A stretch of DNA of 64,000 nt from an uncultured Gammaproteobacteria bacterium (lineage in GTDB: Bacteria > Patescibacteriota > Patescibacteriia > 2-12-FULL-60-25). The position numbers and the translations under genes were made by a program. The notes under the pieces were generated by a model that searched no databases, had not been told where the DNA came from, and saw only the letters and a program-made list of their open reading frames with translations. Where the stretch lies: assembly GCA_964415965.1 (NCBI GenBank), contig CAYQCK010000003.1:3426-67425 (forward strand), written 5' to 3'. Positions within the stretch are counted from its first letter, which is position 1; each line of letters opens with the position of its first letter. Shown in pieces: positions 58,535 to 64,000 of the stretch.

Positions 58535-58624
58535 ACCGAGATACGGTCGGCCAGCCTTGACAGGCTGGCTTTTTTATGGTTTGGTTGGCCATCGCCCCTT
58601 AACCCACCGACAGGAGAAAAACCC

Positions 58625-59203
58625 ATGGAACAGACCGCGCTCCGCAGCGTTGAGGACATCCACCGCGAAGGCGAAAGGTTGGCTGACTCGATCCCGGACA
58701 TCCAGGTCCCGGACGACGCGCCGCCCAAGGTGAAAGTCCAGGTCGCCGAAGCCCTCCAGTACATGTTCAATTCCTCGAGCAACTTGGACGCCAAACCCCG
58801 GCTCTGGATGAAGCTCGCCGCGCTCGGCCACCTCGTCCGCCACGACTCCAGCCTGCTCGACGCCTATCTGCCGCCGGCGCTGCGCGAACCCGTCATCCGA
58901 GCGCTGGCGTCAGATGCCACGGTGCGCGGACTCATCTCGCAGATCAGGCGCCAGACCATGGGCCATGCCCGCAGCAAGCGCGTCTTCGTCGGCTACGACC
59001 ACCGGCGCTACGTGGCCGACCTCGAAGCGCTGCTCGACCTGCTGCGGCGCCTGGGCGTCGACACGAAAGCCGACAGCCTCGACCTGGCGGAACAGTCGGC
59101 GCTCTTCCTGCTCGCCCGATCCCACGGCAGATACCCGAACGACGAAAGCTGGAAAGAGGCCGAAGCCGCCATGTCCAAGCTCTTCCGTGACCGGTCTCGG
59201 TGA
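58625..59203 (+). CDS. hypothetical protein
   Basis: 192 aa with balanced composition. No recognisable motif. Confidence 0.45.
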   Translation: MEQTALRSVEDIHREGERLADSIPDIQVPDDAPPKVKVQVAEALQYMFNSSSNLDAKPRLWMKLAALGHLVRHDSSLLDAYLPPALREPVIRALASDATVRGLISQIRRQTMGHARSKRVFVGYDHRRYVADLEALLDLLRRLGVDTKADSLDLAEQSALFLLARSHGRYPNDESWKEAEAAMSKLFRDRSR

Positions 59204-59294
59204 TGCCTGCATCCGCCCCTGCGTTGACGCAGCGGGCGGATTTTTTATTTGACAGGCTTTGCCGGACAGCTAAGCTCCGGTTTGGAGGAATCCC

Positions 59295-60206
59295 ATGCCC
59301 GGACCTTACAGCTGCGTCATCCACGGTTCATACCGCCGGCACTTCGCCGAGATCCAGGCTGCCCGCCGCGCCTTCGAAAAATCGGGACTCTGCGTCCTGG
59401 CGCCTGACCCCCTGCCGGTCGTCGGCATGCGCGACGGTTTCGCGCTTCTCTCCGGACAGGAAACGGCTGACCCGCGCGCCATCGAGCTCGAATTCCTGCA
59501 CCGGATGAAACAGCTCGGCCGGAACGGCTTCAGCTACTTCGTCTGCCCGGACGGCTATCTCGGCAAGAGCGCGGCCTATGAACTCGGCTTGGCCCACGCC
59601 CTCAACGTCCCGTGCTTCTTCAGCCACGCGCCCCAAGACCTCCCCGCATACTTCCCGACAGGCTCGGTCTGGCGCGCGGACCGATTGGCGGCCCAGGTCG
59701 CAGCCCGCGGCATCCCGCGCACGCCGCCCAAACGCCGCGACCGCCGGCTCGAGGCGCTTTGGGAAGGACTCGTCGTCCCTAGTTCCGTCGTCGCGGCCGG
59801 CGCCATCATCGAAAGCGCCGGGCCGCGCGGCCGACGCGACATCCTGCTCGTCCGCACCCACAAGTGGCGCGACCGCTGGTCCATCGTCGGCGGCAAACTG
59901 CGCCGGAACGAACTGCTCAAGGAGGCGCTCCTCCGCGAAGTCCGCGAGGAGACCGGCTTGCGCGGCGCCGTCGGACCGCACCTCTGCACCTTCGATCAAC
60001 TCCGCGGCAGCGGCTACCACGACCCGGCCGTGCACCATCTGTTCGTGGATTTCGTGGTCCGCACCGGCCGCCGCACCATCCGCTTGAACGACGAGGCCGA
60101 GGATTCCGTCTGGCTGCCCGCCGATATCGCGCTCCGCGACTTGCCGCTCGAGCCCAACGCCCGGCGGACCGTCCAGACGTACCTCCGGACAGCAGCCACA
60201 ACCTGA
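59295..60206 (+). CDS. fusion protein: N-terminal nucleoside 2-deoxyribosyltransferase-like domain plus C-terminal NUDIX hydrolase
   Basis: NUDIX box GGKLRRNELLKEALLREVREETGL. The N-terminal half has a CPDGYLGKSAAYELGLAHALNVP pattern reminiscent of the NDT/LOG-like Rossmannoid family. Confidence 0.65.
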   Translation: MPGPYSCVIHGSYRRHFAEIQAARRAFEKSGLCVLAPDPLPVVGMRDGFALLSGQETADPRAIELEFLHRMKQLGRNGFSYFVCPDGYLGKSAAYELGLAHALNVPCFFSHAPQDLPAYFPTGSVWRADRLAAQVAARGIPRTPPKRRDRRLEALWEGLVVPSSVVAAGAIIESAGPRGRRDILLVRTHKWRDRWSIVGGKLRRNELLKEALLREVREETGLRGAVGPHLCTFDQLRGSGYHDPAVHHLFVDFVVRTGRRTIRLNDEAEDSVWLPADIALRDLPLEPNARRTVQTYLRTAATT

Positions 60207-60314
60207 ACTCCGCAGTCCTTAGGACGAACCATCCGGGCCCAGGGATTGACGAGATGGGCGAAGTCTGCTAGCTTGATCCATCGCAGAAATCCCTGACAAG
60301 AACGGAGACGGCCG

Positions 60315-60584
60315 ATGATTGGAGATCTCGTTTTCTATCTCGTGAGCGGATCCCTCTGCCTGTACTTGGCTATCCTCCACGACGCCCGCCTCGCCCGATT
60401 GCGGGACCCTGACTCGGTCGCTCGCCTCAAGGGCGATGGGTCCTTGGCTGGGTTGGCCGAACCGAAATCTCTCCTCTGGATCGGCCTGGGCATAGCCATC
60501 TGGCCGATTCTCATGGGCTGTATCTTTCGGCTCTGGCTGAAGGATTCGACCATCGTCAGTTGGGTCGTCAATCAGAACGACTGA
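60315..60584 (+). CDS. small two-TM membrane protein
   Basis: 89 aa with two hydrophobic helices. Confidence 0.4.
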   Translation: MIGDLVFYLVSGSLCLYLAILHDARLARLRDPDSVARLKGDGSLAGLAEPKSLLWIGLGIAIWPILMGCIFRLWLKDSTIVSWVVNQND

Positions 60585-60692
60585 CCCGCCGCCCGCCGTC
60601 ATCTCGAAAACGGCGGGTATTTTTGTCCGACCGAACCGGACGGGCCCGGCCTTGACGCGCGCGCCTTCCTGGCCTAAGCTCACCTATCGCTT

Positions 60693-61658
60693 ATGGATGC
60701 CCTGACCCACAACTTCGGCCGCATCCACGAAACGCTCAGCCAGGCCGAGCGCGTGCTTTTGGTCGCCCACAAAAAACCGGACGGCGACACCTTGGGCGCC
60801 AGTTCGGCGCTCCTCGACTGGCTCAGCGGAGCCGGCAAGGACGTGACCGCCTTTTGCGCCGACCAGCCCGCGGCTGCCTACCGCTACCTGCACAACGTCC
60901 ACCAGTACACCTGCGACCCGGTGGTCTTCGGCCGCCGCTATGACGCCGTAGTCATCCTCGACTCCGGCGACTTGCGTTACGCTGGCGTCCACGACCATTT
61001 CCCGCGGCTCGCCCCAGGCTACACGCTCGTGAACATCGACCACCACGTCACCAACGAACGCTACGGCCACCTGAACGCCGTCCTGCCCGACGCGAGCTCG
61101 ACCTGCGAGATCGTCTGGCGCTTCTTCGAGACCAACCGCATCGCCATCGATCCGCCGATGGCCACTGCCCTGCTGACCGGCATCTATTTCGACACCAGCA
61201 ACTTCTCGAACGCCGCTACCCGCAGTTCGACCATCGAAGCCTCCTCGGCGCTTTTGGCCGCCGGCGCGCACAACGGCGAGATCCTGCGCCACACCCTGCA
61301 CAACAAATCCATCGACCTGCTCAAGGTCTGGGGCATCCTGCTCTCGCGCCTACGGCACAACAAGGAGCTGGACGTCGTCAGCACCTATATCCTGGAATCC
61401 GACGTGTCCGGCCTGTCGAACGAGGCGGTCGACGGCGCGGCCAATTTCCTGAACGCCGTGGTCGGCGAAAGCGACACCGTCATGACTTTGCGCGAGCTGC
61501 CCCACGGCCAGGTAAAAGGCTCGTTCCGCAGCGTCGGCCGCGACATCTCGAAAGTCGCCAAGCTCCTGGGCGGCGGCGGCCACAAGAAAGCGGCCGGCTT
61601 CACCGTCGCCGGCCGCATCGTCGAGACGCCCGAGGGGCCGGAAATCGTGGCCCCGTAA
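60693..61658 (+). CDS. nrnA: DHH-family oligoribonuclease/pAp phosphatase NrnA
   Basis: All four motifs are intact: HKKPDGDTLGAS, ILDSGD, NIDHHVTNE, GGGGHKKAAG. 321 aa. Confidence 0.85.
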   Translation: MDALTHNFGRIHETLSQAERVLLVAHKKPDGDTLGASSALLDWLSGAGKDVTAFCADQPAAAYRYLHNVHQYTCDPVVFGRRYDAVVILDSGDLRYAGVHDHFPRLAPGYTLVNIDHHVTNERYGHLNAVLPDASSTCEIVWRFFETNRIAIDPPMATALLTGIYFDTSNFSNAATRSSTIEASSALLAAGAHNGEILRHTLHNKSIDLLKVWGILLSRLRHNKELDVVSTYILESDVSGLSNEAVDGAANFLNAVVGESDTVMTLRELPHGQVKGSFRSVGRDISKVAKLLGGGGHKKAAGFTVAGRIVETPEGPEIVAP

Positions 61659-61700
61659 ACGGCGCTTGCCATCTTCCGGAGGGCGGCTTAGGGTTAGCCC

Positions 61701-62156
61701 ATGCCGCACATTCATGACAAAATCGATTTCGCCGTCACGATCTTCGTGGTCTACGCAGGCCGCGTGCTGTTCATCAAACACAAGGCTCTGGGCATCTGGC
61801 TGGCCGTCGGCGGCCATGTCGAGCTGGACGAGGATCCGGAGACCGCCGCCCTCCGCGAGGCCCGCGAGGAAAGCGGGCTGGACGTCGAACTCTTGGGCGA
61901 ACGTCCGCTGACGGGGATACAGAACGGACGCGCGCTCATCGCGCCCGCCTACCTGGACATCCACGACATCTCGCCGACCCATCGGCACGTCGGGATGGTC
62001 TACTTCGCCCGCGCGCGGACCGAACGGGTCGCGCTGGCCGAAACCGAACACGACGCCATCCGCTGGCTCGCGGCCGAGGATCTGGAAGATCCCGCCTACG
62101 GCCTCTTGCCGCAAATGAAATTTTACGCCCAAGAGGCGCTCCGCCGCTGCCCCTGA
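61701..62156 (+). CDS. NUDIX hydrolase
   Basis: NUDIX box GGHVELDEDPETAALREAREESGL. 151 aa. Confidence 0.8.
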   Translation: MPHIHDKIDFAVTIFVVYAGRVLFIKHKALGIWLAVGGHVELDEDPETAALREAREESGLDVELLGERPLTGIQNGRALIAPAYLDIHDISPTHRHVGMVYFARARTERVALAETEHDAIRWLAAEDLEDPAYGLLPQMKFYAQEALRRCP

Positions 62157-62253
62157 CTTACAGCGCGTCGTGAAGACGCGCTGTTCCTTTACCTGGCCTC
62201 ACGGCCACGTCCCGACCGGCGGCGAGCGCCGCACATGACGACCCCGCTTTGGG

Positions 62254-62715
62254 ATGCTATCTTTCACCCATATGCTGAGAGATCCCTTCGCCCGTCCGGC
62301 CACCGAGGCCGCGCCCGAGACCTCGGTCGAAAGCGCGAAAACCAAGTTGGCCGAGAAAAAAATCGGATTGCTCGAGAAGCTCAAGGCCTCCCCTTACGCT
62401 TTCGCCCTGACGGCCCTCATGTCCATCAACAGCCAGACCGGTTGCACACCGTTCCGGGAGCTGCCTCCGATGGCCGCCGACGTCGGCAAGAGCCAGCACG
62501 AAGTCCACATGCGGCAAGACCGCTGCAACATCGGACGGCGCCAGGCGAAAGAGATCTTCAAGCATACGGGCCGGACGCCCCAAATCCGCGAATACGCGGC
62601 CGAAGCCTACCTGAAATTCAACGCCTGCTACGAAGGGCTGGCCCACAACGTCTGGGACGAAAAGACTTACCAGGAAGCCGAACTGGCGCTGGCTGCCGCC
62701 CAGAAGAAATATTGA
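62254..62715 (+). CDS. hypothetical protein
   Basis: 153 aa with balanced composition. The overlapping alternative frame is Arg-rich. Confidence 0.45.
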   Translation: MLSFTHMLRDPFARPATEAAPETSVESAKTKLAEKKIGLLEKLKASPYAFALTALMSINSQTGCTPFRELPPMAADVGKSQHEVHMRQDRCNIGRRQAKEIFKHTGRTPQIREYAAEAYLKFNACYEGLAHNVWDEKTYQEAELALAAAQKKY

Positions 62716-62728
62716 ACCCGGATATTTG

Positions 62729-62755
62729 TTAGCACTCTACACTTTTGACTGCTAA
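62729..62755 (+). promoter_or_regulatory. CIRCE-like HrcA operator upstream of clpP
   Basis: TTAGCACTC-tacactttt-GACTGCTAA, a 17/18 match to the CIRCE consensus, 52 nt upstream of the clpP ATG. Confidence 0.6.
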
Positions 62756-62807
62756 TACGGGATAGGTTATGCTGTGGGGGCGCGGCTGTCCGCGCCACAA
62801 TAAACAT

Positions 62808-63422
62808 ATGAATCCACTCGAAATCCGCTCGCAAACAGCGAATTCTTGGCTCGTGCCGACTGTCATCGAAAAGTCGACCAATGGCGAACGCGCCTACGAC
62901 ATCTACTCCCGCCTGCTCAAGGACCGCATCATCATGCTCGGCTCGCCCATCGACGACGACATCGCCAACATCGTCATCGCCCAGATGCTGTTCCTCGAAA
63001 GCCAGGACAAGACCAAAGACATCAAGCTTTACATCAACTCCCCCGGCGGGAGCGTCACCTCGGGCCTCGCCATCTACGACACCATGCAGCACGTGGCCTG
63101 CGACGTCTCGACCATCTGCGTCGGCATGGCCGCCTCGATGGGCGCGGTCCTGCTCGCCGGTGGCGCCAAAGGCAAGCGCCTCGCCCTGCCCAACGCCGAG
63201 ATCATGATCCACCAGCCGCTGGGCGGCATCGAGGGCCAAGCCACGGACATCAAGATTCGCGCCGAGCGCATGCTCAAGGTCAAGGACCAGCTCAACCGCA
63301 TCCTGGCCAAGCACACGGGCCAAGCCATCAAGCAGCTCGAGACCGACACGGACCGCGACAATTTCATGGACCCGAAAGAAGCCCTGGCCTACGGGCTGAT
63401 AGACAAAGTCCTCGGGAAATGA
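62808..63422 (+). CDS. clpP: ATP-dependent Clp protease proteolytic subunit
   Basis: Catalytic triad context ([14 protein letters not shown]; MIHQP; D in [10 protein letters not shown]). 204 aa. Confidence 0.95.
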   Translation: MNPLEIRSQTANSWLVPTVIEKSTNGERAYDIYSRLLKDRIIMLGSPIDDDIANIVIAQMLFLESQDKTKDIKLYINSPGGSVTSGLAIYDTMQHVACDVSTICVGMAASMGAVLLAGGAKGKRLALPNAEIMIHQPLGGIEGQATDIKIRAERMLKVKDQLNRILAKHTGQAIKQLETDTDRDNFMDPKEALAYGLIDKVLGK

Positions 63423-63470
63423 CCCCCCGACAAAAAACATCCCGGCGACCACCGGGATGTTTTTGTAGAA

Positions 63471-63896
63471 TCACTCGCTTTGAATCAACGACTTGGTGAT
63501 GTATTCCAGGTCCTTCTGGAAATCTTCGGTACGTTCAAAATAAGGCAGCCCAGCCTCGGCGCAGGCGGGCTTGAGCCAACGGCTGAAATCAGCGGCGAAG
63601 GCCGCGACCTGGCGCATAACCTCGGTGTCGCTGTCGCGCAGCCAATCGTCAGGGCTCGTATTTTTGGCCATCCCGTCCATGATTTGGGCGACATCCTCCG
63701 AACCGACGAACAACGCCCGGACCGTGCCGGACTGGGAATGGTCCATGATGTCCTTGGCGAATTCCGGCAGCACTTGGACGCCCTCGAGCACAAAATCCTT
63801 CCCGGCTGTCACTGCTTCTGCGATGAGCCGCCGGAACTCGGGTTCCATGGACTTGGCTTCGATGAGCTGGAGCCGGGTAAGCTCCGCGGGCGGCAA
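63471..63896 (-). CDS. hypothetical protein; the reading frame stays open to the window end and may start outside it
   Basis: 141-aa ORF from MPPAELTRLQ. Upstream codons to position 64000 are in frame without a stop. Confidence 0.4.
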   Translation of the reverse strand: MPPAELTRLQLIEAKSMEPEFRRLIAEAVTAGKDFVLEGVQVLPEFAKDIMDHSQSGTVRALFVGSEDVAQIMDGMAKNTSPDDWLRDSDTEVMRQVAAFAADFSRWLKPACAEAGLPYFERTEDFQKDLEYITKSLIQSE

Positions 63897-64000
63897 AGTG
63901 TTGTCCGCCGGGTCGCCTGAGAACCCCGGGAACGGGAATTTCTCGGCCCGCTCCGCTTCCGGCAGCTTGGCCGAATATTCGCTTCCGATGTCGTCGGCCG

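Overview
This is a high-GC (~64%) bacterial chromosomal segment, and most genes sit on the minus strand. It carries housekeeping genes (argS, tyrS, valS, groES/groEL, nusA, yidC, prfB, smc, clpP, rbfA, rsmA, upp, tsaC, nrnA), two tRNAs, and a complete 16S rRNA gene that is not followed by a 23S gene. The 16S is bacterial but divergent, which would fit an uncultivated CPR-like (Patescibacteria) lineage; that placement is inference only. RF2 is present and UGA behaves as a stop codon, so the standard code 11 appears to be in use.

Several regions are not ordinary housekeeping:
- An 861-aa protein at 30708-33293 shows clear similarity to the eukaryotic major vault protein (MVP), with a perfect 15-bp palindrome just upstream.
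- A 3712-aa cysteine-rich secreted giant protein (39316-50454) appears co-transcribed with an upstream membrane protein that carries a thrombospondin-type Ca-binding motif.
- A ~127-bp sequence occurs twice on the minus strand (51514-51641 and 54467-54593). It sits upstream of two cell-envelope operons (the giant-protein operon and a VanW operon). The two copies differ by base-pair changes that preserve a helix, so it is probably a structured cis-regulatory RNA.
- A family of GC-rich palindromic intergenic repeats occurs at two loci.
- There are CIRCE-like inverted repeats upstream of both groES and clpP.
- Two tandem paralogs have a protein-kinase-like motif pattern.
- The SMC homolog is short (756 aa) and has no hinge domain.
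- The TyrRS carries a zinc-ribbon insertion.

Many long R/A/G/P-rich ORFs lie antisense to real genes. They were rejected as GC-driven shadow ORFs.
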